DNA of 64,000 bases, taken from positions 1 through 64,000 of IMG/VR virus record IMGVR_UViG_3300046777_002716. One strand, given 5' to 3'. How positions within the stretch are numbered: position 1 is the stretch's first letter; the number at the start of each line of letters is the position of its first letter. The stretch is from a virus. Below, piece after piece: positions 31,540-42,586 of the stretch. Under the pieces are notes generated by a model. It saw nothing but the letters and a program-made list of their open reading frames with translations, was not told the DNA's origin and did not search any database. The position numbers were made by a program, and so were the translations under genes.

Positions 31540-32918
31540 GAAAACTTAAATCCTTCGAACGACTTTTTGTGTTTTTTATCTTCTTCATAATCATACTCGG
31601 CATCGTGTCCTTTGTCAAGTATGTCATTTTGTGCTGACTGTTCACAATCATACAGTCGCATTTTAGCACGATCAATTCCAATAACAAATCTCTTGTAAAT
31701 AGTTGGATCGTTATAACGATTCTTTAATTGTTTGACCATAATTTGACCAAGTTGCTCTAACTCTTCTGTAGAAATAAGAGCAAACATAAGGTCAGCAGTA
31801 GCAGGAAGACCAAAAGACTCTGAAGTATCAGTAAGTTCCACATCAGAACTTCCGTAACCAGAGCGAGTAGTCTGGGTAGCAGAAACAATAGGAACATTAA
31901 ATTCTACAGCAAGACCTCTTAGTTCCTCCGCAATTGCCTTAATGTATGAATAAGAATTTACTGAACTATTTGCCTTATGTCTTGAAGAAGCACAGATATT
32001 AAGGTAGTCAATAAAAATAATATCAGGTCTAAATGATTTCTTAAGTGCAAGTTCATTTAGAAGTGCTTTAAAGTGACCAGCATGAGCAGAAGCAGTTGGA
32101 TACTCCTTAATAATAAGAGTTCCTTGAGTCTTTTTGGTCAAATTTGTTACTTTATTTTCAAACATTTGGCGAGGAAGTTCAACCAATTGCTGAATTGGTA
32201 CATTAAGAAGATTAGCATCAATCCTTTCGGCAATGCGCTCCTCTGCCATTTCCATTGTAATGTAAAGAACATTTTTGTTCTGAAGCAATGCGGCACTAGC
32301 TACGTGGCACATAAAAAGTGATTTACCAACTCCAGTACCAGCAAGAGCAATGTTAAGAGTTTTATTTGGTAGACCACCTTTAGTAATCTTATTAAAATAA
32401 TCAAGATCAAACTGAATCTTATCTTCTTTGCGATGATAGAATTCATAACGCTCTTCATAATTCTGAAGATAGTCGTGTCCGATATTATTATCAAAACTTA
32501 CTGAAAGTGCATCGGAGAGAATACTAGGAATTGCATCCCTGTTCTTCTTTTCATTATTGCCATCAGCAATATGAATAGATTCCATTAGTGCAAGATAAAT
32601 TGCACGATCACGACACCATTTCTCAGTATTATCAGTCAACCACTGAGGATCTACTGGTAGATTATTTAAAGAAGAATTAATTTCCCTAATTTCTTTAATC
32701 TCACTCTCAGTAAGATCAGTTCTATTTTCTATTTCAATAGAAAGTGCTTCAATTGTTATTGCCGAACCATAGTTGACAATAAATTTAACAATTTCTTCAA
32801 AAATAACTTTTTCCGATCTGTTTTCAAAATAATTTGGTTGTATGAAAGGTATGACTTTACGGGAGTAATCTTCATTAAATACTAAATTTCTGAGAATAGT
32901 TGTCTCAATTCTTTCCAT
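31536..32918 (-). CDS. gp41: Replicative DNA helicase (T4 gp41)
   Basis: AGTGVGKS, IFIDYL, ATQTTR, DTSESFGLPATAD, KNRY. Confidence 0.97.
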   Translation of the reverse strand: MERIETTILRNLVFNEDYSRKVIPFIQPNYFENRSEKVIFEEIVKFIVNYGSAITIEALSIEIENRTDLTESEIKEIREINSSLNNLPVDPQWLTDNTEKWCRDRAIYLALMESIHIADGNNEKKNRDAIPSILSDALSVSFDNNIGHDYLQNYEERYEFYHRKEDKIQFDLDYFNKITKGGLPNKTLNIALAGTGVGKSLFMCHVASAALLQNKNVLYITMEMAEERIAERIDANLLNVPIQQLVELPRQMFENKVTNLTKKTQGTLIIKEYPTASAHAGHFKALLNELALKKSFRPDIIFIDYLNICASSRHKANSSVNSYSYIKAIAEELRGLAVEFNVPIVSATQTTRSGYGSSDVELTDTSESFGLPATADLMFALISTEELEQLGQIMVKQLKNRYNDPTIYKRFVIGIDRAKMRLYDCEQSAQNDILDKGHDAEYDYEEDKKHKKSFEGFKFS

Positions 32919-33475
32919 TACTTATAGTGCAAATATGTACTCATAATATACTTTGAATTACTTATCGGAGGTTCACCTCGATGGGGATACATCCAAAGCG
33001 GGGGGAAAACCAATAAAGTCCCCTTTTTTGGTTTGATTTCAATTTCTTTAAAAACAGTTTTTCCACCTTCTTCTACATCATTTAAATACCACAAAAAAGA
33101 TAAGTACCTACGAGCAGTTCCATATTCTACCACATCAACATGTGTATCAAATTGGTCTATTCCATTAGGTTCATATTTTTTAATTCTAAATTGCTCTAGG
33201 GCATGATCCTCGGGAAATACTCTTTTATCAACATATTCATAGTACTTATCACGATATTCAAATACTTTTTTAATGATGTAATTATGAACATTGTTTACTT
33301 CAGAACTTATTTCCCTGTTTTCAGTGAAATTAAATTGTAAGAAGTTAGGTTTTCCACTATTATCATGACGTTCATGTTTTTCAGTAACTTGCTCAAATAA
33401 ATTTACTAAAAAATCACAAACATCAGATTCTAAAGAATTTTCATAGATGTGAATGAGGTCTTTAAGTTCATCCAT
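32918..33475 (-). CDS. 2OG-Fe(II) oxygenase
   Basis: HVD...[13 protein letters not shown]...FPP...HRG...KY; likely start MDELK. Confidence 0.88.
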   Translation of the reverse strand: MDELKDLIHIYENSLESDVCDFLVNLFEQVTEKHERHDNSGKPNFLQFNFTENREISSEVNNVHNYIIKKVFEYRDKYYEYVDKRVFPEDHALEQFRIKKYEPNGIDQFDTHVDVVEYGTARRYLSFLWYLNDVEEGGKTVFKEIEIKPKKGTLLVFPPLWMYPHRGEPPISNSKYIMSTYLHYK

Positions 33476-34469
33476 AACTGAATTCACCTTGAGCAATCAC
33501 ATCCAATTTTTGCATTACTTCTTCAGTAAAGTACTCTTCTGGATTTGCAAGAATCTGTTTGCCATAGATTTTTTTACCATCAATCTCATAACGTCCTGCT
33601 ACATTCTTCCAGAGTCCACCAATCTCACCAAGTTCCAGAAGACCGTAGTAACGATCAAGACCGCGCTCATCATAATACAGACGGACTTCAACATCTTTGT
33701 TCTCCTTACTCAAACGCGATTTAGCAGTCTTAGCCTTGATAATATTTCCGACCACTTCCGTTCCGTCCTTTTCTTTCTTTTTGCTGAGATAAATGATCGT
33801 AGATGCTGCGTACTTGAGTCCGCTGCCTCCACCCATTTCCTTAGTTGGTACGTAAGATCCGATAACATCATAAGTGTGATTTGTAACGATCATTGGAATG
33901 TTTGCTTGTCCCAACTTCAGAGTAAGCATACGGAATGCACCCTTAATTAGTTGAGATTTAGTCATATCACGTACTTGCTTATCATTCAAAGCATCCGTGA
34001 TTTCCTTGTCTGTTGAAAGCATACCTAGAGAGTCTAGCACAAACATACAAGGTTTACGATCTTCTACTGGTTTTTTAAGATAGATGTCAACTGCCTTCAG
34101 TGCTTTACCACGGAATTCTTCAACAGTGACAACATTAACAACAACCAGACGATTGGTATCAATTCCACGACTTTCTAGAAGAGATTTAGTGATAGCAGCC
34201 TCAGTATCAAAGTAGAGACAGTAACCATCGGGATTAGTATCAAGAAAGTTCTTAACCACGGCGAGAGAGAAAAAAGTCTTTCCAGTAGAAGACTCTCCAG
34301 CAATAGCAGTAATTTTATTCCCAGATACACCACCAAAAATACTACCTGAAACCAGTGCATTAAAAATGTATGAACCTGTATCAACATAAGTTTCAGTCTC
34401 TTCAATTTCAGATGCTAATTTAGTGTAATCCCCACCAATTTCTTTAACAATATCTTTAAGAAAGTCCAT
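33468..34469 (-). CDS. uvsX: RecA-like recombinase UvsX
   Basis: [27 protein letters not shown]. Confidence 0.96.
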   Translation of the reverse strand: MDFLKDIVKEIGGDYTKLASEIEETETYVDTGSYIFNALVSGSIFGGVSGNKITAIAGESSTGKTFFSLAVVKNFLDTNPDGYCLYFDTEAAITKSLLESRGIDTNRLVVVNVVTVEEFRGKALKAVDIYLKKPVEDRKPCMFVLDSLGMLSTDKEITDALNDKQVRDMTKSQLIKGAFRMLTLKLGQANIPMIVTNHTYDVIGSYVPTKEMGGGSGLKYAASTIIYLSKKKEKDGTEVVGNIIKAKTAKSRLSKENKDVEVRLYYDERGLDRYYGLLELGEIGGLWKNVAGRYEIDGKKIYGKQILANPEEYFTEEVMQKLDVIAQGEFSYG

Positions 34470-34606
34470 CAGGTATTCTCCTTTTTCTCTTTATTTAAAT
34501 AGTTCATTTTATAGCACCAAAGTTTTTGGTATAGCGCAACGTCTCCACCTATTCTCAATGCACTAATAATTGCATTAAGTTCTTTTTCGTTAATCGGTAA
34601 TTCCAT
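34469..34606 (-). CDS. Small hypothetical protein (45 aa)
   Basis: [22 protein letters not shown]...; translationally coupled on both sides. Confidence 0.65.
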   Translation of the reverse strand: MELPINEKELNAIISALRIGGDVALYQKLWCYKMNYLNKEKKENT

Positions 34607-37113
34607 TAAAAGAAGAATGATTCAAGGTTTACAGTTTTTTCAACTTTCCATCCAATTGCATCAAGAATGGACTTAATAGGTTCTACAAAACTCTTTTCAA
34701 ATTGTAATTCATAGTCAATATATTTGTCAAGTCCAAGTTCTTTGGGAAACTCTTGAATGAAAGAAATAATATTTTCTTGAATAATATTAGGTTTTTTCAA
34801 ATAAACAAATTTTATCTTTTCTCCATTATTAATAAGAGAATATTTATTTGTAAGATTTTTTTGCTTTACATAATGATTGAACAACAAAGCACCACGAACA
34901 TGAATAGGGGTACCTTTTAGGTAGATATCTGATGAAGAACTATATTTTTTAACATCAGATACAGTTCTTGGAAATGCAATCTGTTCTGGTGGTAGTTTCC
35001 TAAAATCAGATCTAAATTTATCAATAAATTCAATTACATCATCCTCAGTGCCACTCATTAAAATCTCAAAAGATTTTTTAAGCATCTTACGGCATGGTGC
35101 GGGAGTAGAAGATTTGATTGCCTCAATACCTTTGATTTTAAGTTTAGGTTCCTCATAGCGAACACCCTCACTGTCCCACACACTCAGAATATATCGCTTC
35201 TTTGCAGTCCAAATACCACGTTCAGCAATACATTCACGCTTCATAAACATTTTTTGGTCGTAAGCATTTACATATTTCGCCAGTTCTTGGTAAGAACTTT
35301 CAATATACTTCTCAAATTCCACATTACAGACCTTATCAAGGAACGAAACAATGCTTTGAGTAGTTTTCTCTCTTCCTTTGAATACCTTTTTAACCAAAGG
35401 ACCCATATTGACGTAAAGAGAATCAGTATCAGAAGCAATAACATAATCTACATCTCCACTTTTAAGTATTTTATTCAAATATGAATTCATTTTATTCATA
35501 ATCCAGTTAATGGAAACCTGACCAGAAAGTGTAATTGCCTCAGCATTTGCTAGTTTGAAATAACGGAAATACTGATTGCCAATAGCACCATAAGCAGAGT
35601 TAAGTTGAATCTTCCTCGCCATTTGGATGTTGTTACAGCGAGCAATTTCTTTTTCCAACTCCTTTGTTTTTTTCTTTTCATATTCTTGCTCTGCCGCAAG
35701 CATTTTTTTCTTAAAAATTACACGTTCATTGTAAATCTTCTCCATTAACTCTGGAAGAAATCCACGAATATCCTTGCGATACATTGCACCATTGGCACAA
35801 ACCGCATAATCCTTATACAGTTCAAATGTAAGTTCCTGATTTAGGATCTTATCTACAGTAACAGAGGGATGCTTTTCTTCTATAAGTGTCTCTGGTGAGA
35901 TATTGTATTGCATAATCAAATGCGGATAGAGACTATTCAAGTCAAAAGAAACAACCCAATCATACATTCCAGGAATTGGTTCCTTTACATAAGCACCCTC
36001 ATACTTAGAGTCTTTATCAGTTTTCTCTTTGGGTGGAATTACAATATTCCTCTTTTTTAGGTAGTTGTATATGATGATGTCCCACATCCGTACTTGAGAA
36101 AATACATCAGTGTAATTTACCTTGGCGTCATATGCCATAGTAAGTGCAAGTTCAATCAGTTTCATCTTGTCTTCCAGACGGTCAACAAGTTCTACGTCAA
36201 TGATGTTATATTCTACAAACTTTTGCCAACCCTTGGTATAAAAATCTTTGAATGTCTCGAACTCTGAGTGATCCAGTTTTTGCTGCCCAAGTTCTACATT
36301 TACAATGTGATCTAGTCGGTAAGATTCCTGTGCCTTGTAAGTAAACTTCTTATAAAGATCAAGATAGTCTAACTGAGAAATACCACCAATGTCATAACTA
36401 ATATGCTTACGTCCAGAAATATAAGTTTCAGTTTCTGTAACCAGTCCCCATGGAGACATTCGTTTCATTAATTTCTCACCTAAAATTCGATCTAAACGTC
36501 GAACAAGATATGGAATATCATAAAGTTTACTATTCCATCCAGTTACTACTTCGGGAATATTTTCCTCAACCATCCACCAATTAATAAAATCATATAACAG
36601 ATCATATTCATTAGTAAATGACCTATAAATTACATCATTTCTGGTATTTTTATAGGGACCTAGACCCCAAGTGCGAATCTGTTTGGATGTATAATCTTGC
36701 AATGTAATAAGAAGAACTTCTTCTGCAGCATTTTCTACATCTGGGAACCCATTCTCAGAAGCAACCTCAATATCAATGGTAGTCAGTTTAATTTTACTAA
36801 TATCAAATTTAATTTCGTCTTCCGGATATTTTTCTGAAATATATTGGTAGATATATTTTTCATTACCATATATTTTAAATCCCTCTACATTTTCATATTG
36901 TTTAATAAATTCCCTACAATCCCTAACAGATCCTGGTTGAACTTCTTGAACATAATCACCATCAAGGGTTTTGTACTTTGTTACTTTTTTAGAGGGGACA
37001 AAAAGAGTCGGAGAAAACTTTTCCCGTGTCATAAAATGTTTACCATTTTCATAACCACGAACAAGAAAATGATCCCCGACCATTTGAATATTAGTGTAAA
37101 ATTTTAAAGACAT
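34606..37113 (-). CDS. gp43: Family B DNA polymerase (T4 gp43)
   Basis: IDIEV exonuclease, SFDLNSLYP, KIQLNSAYG, SDTDS. Confidence 0.98.
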   Translation of the reverse strand: MSLKFYTNIQMVGDHFLVRGYENGKHFMTREKFSPTLFVPSKKVTKYKTLDGDYVQEVQPGSVRDCREFIKQYENVEGFKIYGNEKYIYQYISEKYPEDEIKFDISKIKLTTIDIEVASENGFPDVENAAEEVLLITLQDYTSKQIRTWGLGPYKNTRNDVIYRSFTNEYDLLYDFINWWMVEENIPEVVTGWNSKLYDIPYLVRRLDRILGEKLMKRMSPWGLVTETETYISGRKHISYDIGGISQLDYLDLYKKFTYKAQESYRLDHIVNVELGQQKLDHSEFETFKDFYTKGWQKFVEYNIIDVELVDRLEDKMKLIELALTMAYDAKVNYTDVFSQVRMWDIIIYNYLKKRNIVIPPKEKTDKDSKYEGAYVKEPIPGMYDWVVSFDLNSLYPHLIMQYNISPETLIEEKHPSVTVDKILNQELTFELYKDYAVCANGAMYRKDIRGFLPELMEKIYNERVIFKKKMLAAEQEYEKKKTKELEKEIARCNNIQMARKIQLNSAYGAIGNQYFRYFKLANAEAITLSGQVSINWIMNKMNSYLNKILKSGDVDYVIASDTDSLYVNMGPLVKKVFKGREKTTQSIVSFLDKVCNVEFEKYIESSYQELAKYVNAYDQKMFMKRECIAERGIWTAKKRYILSVWDSEGVRYEEPKLKIKGIEAIKSSTPAPCRKMLKKSFEILMSGTEDDVIEFIDKFRSDFRKLPPEQIAFPRTVSDVKKYSSSSDIYLKGTPIHVRGALLFNHYVKQKNLTNKYSLINNGEKIKFVYLKKPNIIQENIISFIQEFPKELGLDKYIDYELQFEKSFVEPIKSILDAIGWKVEKTVNLESFFF

Positions 37114-37367
37114 CAGGTAGTTAATTCAAGATACTTTTCAACAATTTCTGGTTTTGGATCCACAATAGTAAGAATACTATCGGAATGAATCATTAATTCT
37201 CTCTGATCAGTTACTTCGGGCCAAGGAATAAGTTCACCTTGGTCATTAATCTGATATGGGTTAATTAACCTACAATCAGGTTCACCAAGTTCCGATCCAA
37301 CCTCAATAATTTCTGTAATAATTACGTTATCAATCTTCAGTAAAAGACACTTGACTGTTTTGCTCAT
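37113..37367 (-). CDS. Conserved cyanophage hypothetical protein
   Basis: GEPDCRLINPY motif; position before gp43. Confidence 0.7.
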   Translation of the reverse strand: MSKTVKCLLLKIDNVIITEIIEVGSELGEPDCRLINPYQINDQGELIPWPEVTDQRELMIHSDSILTIVDPKPEIVEKYLELTT

Positions 37368-37674
37368 TTAATTTTTCCTCATACATTTCTTTAATCGTAT
37401 CAACTGGTTCTACAATAGTAACAATCCAGTCTGGTGGTACTGGAATCTGTTTATCTTTTGCAAGAACAATCCAAGGAGAAATAGATACTTCCAAATCTCC
37501 AGAAGCATCATCATTTGATTCTACAAGAAGAATTGCCTTACGAACTTCTACCTTATGTGGATTTTCAAATAGATAACCACAAACTTTGTTATCGGAAATT
37601 AGTTCTTTAGCATCGGAAATTATAGTCTCACCAGACTTTAGTAGTGCAAGTTTAATAGACATTTTTTCTGTCAC
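37330..37674 (-). CDS. Conserved cyanophage hypothetical protein
   Basis: MSIKLALLKSGE...DWIVTIVEP; TTGACA-17-TATAAT promoter at about 37684-37712. Confidence 0.7.
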   Translation of the reverse strand: MTEKMSIKLALLKSGETIISDAKELISDNKVCGYLFENPHKVEVRKAILLVESNDDASGDLEVSISPWIVLAKDKQIPVPPDWIVTIVEPVDTIKEMYEEKLNEQNSQVSFTED

Positions 37675-37774
37675 TCTCCAATGATTATAGCAAAAAAATA
37701 AGGGAGTGTCAAACTGGATTGTGCCAGTTCCTCCCTTTGCGGCAACGATATTTGAGGGTAGCCAATTCTATTTA

Positions 37775-37942
37775 TTACTCACCATCAGAACCAGAGTCTG
37801 TATTTTTTGAGCAAACTCTTTTCTTTATCTGCTTATAATAAACAGTTCTACCATAACAATTTTCTTTTGTTGATAATGGTGGGTTTCCAAAATCTCCAAC
37901 TTTTTCTTCAATAGTTTTCTGAAATTCCCGAAACGATTTCAT
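37775..37942 (-). CDS. Small protein with a capsid-targeting-like N-terminus (55 aa)
   Basis: MKSFREFQKTIEE...; overlaps the hsp20 3' end; tandem stops. Confidence 0.5.
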   Translation of the reverse strand: MKSFREFQKTIEEKVGDFGNPPLSTKENCYGRTVYYKQIKKRVCSKNTDSGSDGE

Positions 37943-38372
37943 AAACTTTCTTTTTCTGATGTTCTGGAATAATCTTATTTAGTTTTATGATAAGCATTCC
38001 ATTTTCAAATTTTACATCAGAAATTTTTACATCATCAGAAAGAGTTCTACTCCAAGTAAATGCTCTTTTTGCAAGTCCTTTATGCAAATACTCATCAGTG
38101 TCGGAGGACTCAACTTTTTTAGATTCTACAAACAACTTATTGTTTTCAGTAGAAACTTCGATATCATCTTTCTTATATCCAGCAAGAGCAAACTCCAGTC
38201 TGAACTCCGTGCTGCTTTCCTTTACATAGTTATATGGTGGATAATTTGGAGAAGATTCATTTGCTGTTGCAAATCTCTGAATCCACTCATCCATTCCAAT
38301 TCCCCATCTTGCAGAATCATTTAGTAGTTTATCAACATCAATAGCGTATTTTACAGTTGTTGTATGAAACAT
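37908..38372 (-). CDS. hsp20: Small heat shock protein
   Basis: NYPPYN, EFALAGY, YLHKGLAKRAF, FENGML. Confidence 0.93.
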   Translation of the reverse strand: MFHTTTVKYAIDVDKLLNDSARWGIGMDEWIQRFATANESSPNYPPYNYVKESSTEFRLEFALAGYKKDDIEVSTENNKLFVESKKVESSDTDEYLHKGLAKRAFTWSRTLSDDVKISDVKFENGMLIIKLNKIIPEHQKKKVYEIVSGISENY

Positions 38373-38375
38373 GGT

Positions 38376-38460
38376 TTTTCTCCTTAAGTAAGCGAGTTTG
38401 TAACTTAGGACCCCTAAGGCATCCGTAGCGTATGGGGGGTGCTAGCACCTCTCTCCCATC
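38376..38460 (-). promoter_or_regulatory. Structured hsp20 5' leader (candidate RNA thermometer)
   Basis: GGATGCC-TTAG-GGGTCC hairpin and CTCGCTT-ACTT-AAGGAG pairing over the SD. Confidence 0.55.
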
Positions 38461-38513
38461 AATATTATATATCGAAGAATACAAAAAAGGGGAGTGTTGA
38501 ACTCCCCACAAAA

Positions 38514-38954
38514 TCATTCGGTTTCTTCTACCTTCTTTTTCTTTGCACCAATATTGTATTTGGTTTCAAGAGTCCATTCACCCTTGTCCTTATAAGACAA
38601 TACTTTAATTTGATTTAAAGGAGCAATATCTTGAATTTTTGTCTCATCTACAACGGTAATCAATCCCCAATCTGCAAGAAGTTGCACAATACGATTTCTG
38701 CGCTGTACATCATTTACAGTTAGATTTGCATGTTTACCGTCAAGAGCAAAAAGTTCCTTAAAACTTACAATGAAATATCTACCTTGCTTATGCAAAATAT
38801 GACAAGATTGGTATAGTTTCTTTTCTTTACGAGACGCGACTCCAATTCTAGTCAAAGTTTCACGAACCTTTAGAAAATCATCAGGTTCATTTAAAATAAC
38901 TTCCACCATTTGATCAGGTGTCCAACTCACAACAGGTTCTTTAACAACGCTCAT
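38514..38954 (-). CDS. regA: Translational repressor RegA
   Basis: DDFLKVRETLTRIG..LYQSCHILHKQGRY..FKEL. Confidence 0.96.
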   Translation of the reverse strand: MSVVKEPVVSWTPDQMVEVILNEPDDFLKVRETLTRIGVASRKEKKLYQSCHILHKQGRYFIVSFKELFALDGKHANLTVNDVQRRNRIVQLLADWGLITVVDETKIQDIAPLNQIKVLSYKDKGEWTLETKYNIGAKKKKVEETE

Positions 38955-39337
38955 TTTTTTCCTCCAGTCTCAAATTTTGATTTAATAAAATTAAGTTGTT
39001 CTTTAGTAAGAATCCTCAAAGCGTTTTTTGCCTTTTCATTATTGTAACCATAATATCGTTTGACATATTCTAAGTCTTTGATTTCATCTTTACCGATCCA
39101 AGGAGAAAATCCCCTATTGATCCTCAGACTATTTATAAAAAAATCATATTGCATCTTTTTAGGAAGAAAATGATATTGATTTATTTCATTAACAAACATC
39201 AACCTGTCAATATATCCAGATAGGCACTTATTAATAATATATGGTGAATAATCCTTTTCTGCAGAAGGATCATTATCCATTAAATTTTCTTTTGTTTTGT
39301 TGATTGAATTTAACCAATCTTTTAACTCATAAGTCAT
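38951..39337 (-). CDS. gp62: Clamp loader small subunit (T4 gp62)
   Basis: YSPYIINKCLS, QYDFFIN, YYGYNNEKA; position next to regA. Confidence 0.88.
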   Translation of the reverse strand: MTYELKDWLNSINKTKENLMDNDPSAEKDYSPYIINKCLSGYIDRLMFVNEINQYHFLPKKMQYDFFINSLRINRGFSPWIGKDEIKDLEYVKRYYGYNNEKAKNALRILTKEQLNFIKSKFETGGKK

Positions 39338-40392
39338 CTGATAATCTCCAAATCATTCCCTTGTTTCCAAAGTTCAAGTTCAGTTCTTAAAGTACCTTCT
39401 GCCTTAAGTTTATCGTACCTCTTAGTAGACTTTTTTTTCCACCATGCAATAACCTCTTCTGGTTCATAACCAAATTTGGAAAGATAATACCTTTTCTTCT
39501 CAGTCAAAGATTTGGCATGTTCTATGCATAGATTAAATTCATTTAATTTCGGATGATTTTTTAAAGAGTTTCTAATAATGGAAATCATCTTAGTTTGAAT
39601 CTTCAATTTTTTAGATGACTTATCAGCAGATATAAGTCTTTCTCCACCATTGGCATTATTATTAAACCACCAAAACATTTCCCTAAAATAATCATCATGA
39701 AAAAGAGGAAGAAAATTACTTTCAGTGTCCCCTATGTGTCGGATAAAAGGTTTAAGACCATCATACATGGATACCCCCTTTGTTGTACCGTATAATGAAG
39801 TTGTTTCAAAGTATTGAAGATCAGTTCCATACTTTCCATCAAATTGTCTTTTGAGTTCATTAGAAGATGCCAGTAGTGCAAGAAGTTTTCCACCAAGATA
39901 ATTATATCCAAATGGTTGAACTGGGACAATGTTAAATCCCATAACAAAATTTTTATTAATTGTCGATAATTCAAGCACCTCACCAAAATAATCGTTCCTT
40001 GGTTTAGAGTTGATTGTTGGTGATCCAAATCTAATCACCCCGACAATTTTATTAGTATTATTCTCTACTACAATCCATTTTATTGTCCTACCAGGAATTG
40101 CTTCTTCAATAGGATTAGATGCAGTAGAGTTTAATATTTCAGAATAAAGTTCTTGATTATACTTACTCTTTGGTTTAGAACTAGTATCAACCTCATGTAT
40201 GGAGAAGTCCATATCCATTGGATGAATATTAAAATCCGAAAAAATTTCATCTTCAGGTCCAAACAATTTACCTAAAGAGTTATCTAACCTACTCTTTTTT
40301 ACAAATCTAAGATAATCATCAATACGATTAAATTTAGAATAGTATTGTATAAACTGATCTGCTGCCCAAATTGCATCTTCAATAGATAACAT
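39334..40392 (-). CDS. DUF4338/DruA-like protein
   Basis: GVIRFGSP...VPVQPFGYNYLGGKLLALL...ETTSLYG pattern. Confidence 0.6.
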   Translation of the reverse strand: MLSIEDAIWAADQFIQYYSKFNRIDDYLRFVKKSRLDNSLGKLFGPEDEIFSDFNIHPMDMDFSIHEVDTSSKPKSKYNQELYSEILNSTASNPIEEAIPGRTIKWIVVENNTNKIVGVIRFGSPTINSKPRNDYFGEVLELSTINKNFVMGFNIVPVQPFGYNYLGGKLLALLASSNELKRQFDGKYGTDLQYFETTSLYGTTKGVSMYDGLKPFIRHIGDTESNFLPLFHDDYFREMFWWFNNNANGGERLISADKSSKKLKIQTKMISIIRNSLKNHPKLNEFNLCIEHAKSLTEKKRYYLSKFGYEPEEVIAWWKKKSTKRYDKLKAEGTLRTELELWKQGNDLEIIR

Positions 40393-40393
40393 A

Positions 40394-40981
40394 TCAACTA
40401 ACTAAAAATTTCTTTTCATATTCTAGTAATTCTTGTGGAGTCACAATATAATTACTAACAGGATCTACTGGTTTATTATACCACTGTCTACCATAGTTTC
40501 TGGTAACAAGTTTAATGTCTAGATATTGATATTTTTTATCTGTCGGAACATATACCCGATACTTTCCTCCTCTGTTAGAAGTCAAGAGAGAAAGACTTTT
40601 ATTTTGTTCTGATAAAATATCAATAGTTGTACATGCGGTTTTAAATATTTGCAAATATCTATCATAATCATTGACATAAATTTCATGATTATCCATTAGC
40701 ATCTGATAGATAAATTGCGGGGAATAGCAGTGATCTTTACATATTACCCATTTTGGATCACTTTTCTTTTTCTCTAATGCTTTTTCAGTAATGAATCCAG
40801 AGGGAACTGAAAGAGAATGCACAAGATCATAAAAAGGGCGAGTGATAGATCTAACTGCATCGGTTTTATTTCTATTCTTTCTCCAAAAATCAAGAACCTC
40901 AAGATTTTTAAAATCTAAAAATGTTCTATAGCAATAAACCTCTAGACGAGATTCATTAGTAATAACTTCAATTTTCTTCAT
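40394..40981 (-). CDS. Hypothetical protein
   Basis: 195-aa ORF; DHCYSPQ motif, possibly nuclease-like. Confidence 0.6.
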   Translation of the reverse strand: MKKIEVITNESRLEVYCYRTFLDFKNLEVLDFWRKNRNKTDAVRSITRPFYDLVHSLSVPSGFITEKALEKKKSDPKWVICKDHCYSPQFIYQMLMDNHEIYVNDYDRYLQIFKTACTTIDILSEQNKSLSLLTSNRGGKYRVYVPTDKKYQYLDIKLVTRNYGRQWYNKPVDPVSNYIVTPQELLEYEKKFLVS

Positions 40982-41177
40982 AATCAGGTTTGTTGTACTT
41001 CAAGTATTCATAAAAAGTCAGTTTCATCTCTTTTTGCGACATACCACAGTGCTTTGCTGCGGCAGGAAGAGTCATTTTTGCCCTAAAAAGTGCTTCATTT
41101 GCCTCCTTCACATTTTCGGGAGTAGTCTTTACTGATTCTTCCTTTAGATCCTTATAATTAATTTTGTATGGGTTCAT
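40968..41177 (-). CDS. Small HTH-like hypothetical protein
   Basis: MTLPAAAKHCGMSQKEMK. Confidence 0.65.
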   Translation of the reverse strand: MNPYKINYKDLKEESVKTTPENVKEANEALFRAKMTLPAAAKHCGMSQKEMKLTFYEYLKYNKPDYEEN

Positions 41178-42133
41178 TTAAAAGTACAATCACACATTAT
41201 TTCAGTAAGACATGCCAGAAGATTAATTTCTTGGTCAGCAACAAAACTTGCCTGATATTGATACTTGGCAATTATGAGTACTGCAGAAGCAATGCCAGGA
41301 CCATCTAAGTGCTCATATGCTGAATCATAGATACGACGCAAGATAATGTTAACATCATTGTCAAGGTTTGAACTAACCCATTTACGAACTTCTGGAAAAT
41401 TTTTATCTTTAAGATGTTTAATTAGTTCATTTACTGTAACATCAGAAAATGATGCAAGAATACTACTATCGATTTCTCCATTAATAGAGTGTCTCTGAAG
41501 AACATTGAGTAATCTCCTAGTGTCAGGGAAATGACTCTTGATTAGTTCAACAATAACCTTTTTATCATACTTAATATTCTCTTGATCAAGAATATAGGAT
41601 ACTCTCTTGAAAGTATCCGCCATCATTTGTGGTTTTTGTTCCTTGGGAATTGGAGTGTACTTTAGAACAACACATCTTGACTGAATGGGTTCAATAATTT
41701 TATTCAAATTATTGCAAGTAAAAATAAAACAAACATTGTTGTGTAGTTGCTCAATCACACCACGAAGACAGAGCATTACATCATTAGTAGTACCATCAAA
41801 CTCATCAAAAAATACAACCTTTTTCTTATCACTGAACATTGAAACTGTAGTTCCAAAGTTAATTACCTGATTTCTAATAGTGTCAAGGTATCTTCCTTCA
41901 GATGAACCATTAAGAAATAGTACATCTTGCTTTGTAATTTTGCACAGTGTTTTGATAGTTTGTGTTTTACCACATCCCTGAGAACCTTGAAGGATAAGAT
42001 TCTGATTTAGTTGACCTTCTTTCACTGTGCTAAGGAAAAAATCCTTAACATCATTAGAAAGAATTAAGTCTTCTACTGTTTCTGGTGCCCATTTCTCAAC
42101 CCACAGAAAAGGTTTGTTATCAGTAATTTGCAT
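41174..42133 (-). CDS. gp44: Clamp loader large subunit (T4 gp44)
   Basis: WVEKWAP, GSQGCGKT, DEFD, PIQSRC, FPDTRR. Confidence 0.93.
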   Translation of the reverse strand: MQITDNKPFLWVEKWAPETVEDLILSNDVKDFFLSTVKEGQLNQNLILQGSQGCGKTQTIKTLCKITKQDVLFLNGSSEGRYLDTIRNQVINFGTTVSMFSDKKKVVFFDEFDGTTNDVMLCLRGVIEQLHNNVCFIFTCNNLNKIIEPIQSRCVVLKYTPIPKEQKPQMMADTFKRVSYILDQENIKYDKKVIVELIKSHFPDTRRLLNVLQRHSINGEIDSSILASFSDVTVNELIKHLKDKNFPEVRKWVSSNLDNDVNIILRRIYDSAYEHLDGPGIASAVLIIAKYQYQASFVADQEINLLACLTEIMCDCTFK

Positions 42134-42148
42134 ATCAAAAATTAAAAA

Positions 42149-42586
42149 TCAAAAACAATATTTTTTCAAGACGTATGTAACTTTTTCTTCCTTATCCTCC
42201 ATCCAATATGCTTCATGTTCAAAGTGCCTGTATTCTTTCCCATATTTGGAAACTAATTGATTAATCTCTAGTTCTTTATCTTTAGAGATTGGCATCTTAG
42301 AAATAGGAATTCCAAATTCTAAGATATTACCGAATGAATTTTTACATGATTGGGCAAAATGGACAGATTCGTGTAATAAGGTTTCATTTATTGTACTATG
42401 AATATCCATACTGACAGATTTGATTTTGTCAGTGCAGATATTCATAGTTTTACTTTTTGAATTATACCACCCAAAAATATCATGTTGTCTACAAATTGAA
42501 CCGTTTTCTACAACGTTAATTTTTTTTGAGATTAATTGGTAGACCTCATAATTAATTGGAGTAAGATAAAGTAAAAACTCCATCAT
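42149..42586 (-). CDS. HExxH metallopeptidase-like protein
   Basis: ETLLHESVHFAQSC...EHEAY. Confidence 0.7.
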   Translation of the reverse strand: MMEFLLYLTPINYEVYQLISKKINVVENGSICRQHDIFGWYNSKSKTMNICTDKIKSVSMDIHSTINETLLHESVHFAQSCKNSFGNILEFGIPISKMPISKDKELEINQLVSKYGKEYRHFEHEAYWMEDKEEKVTYVLKKYCF

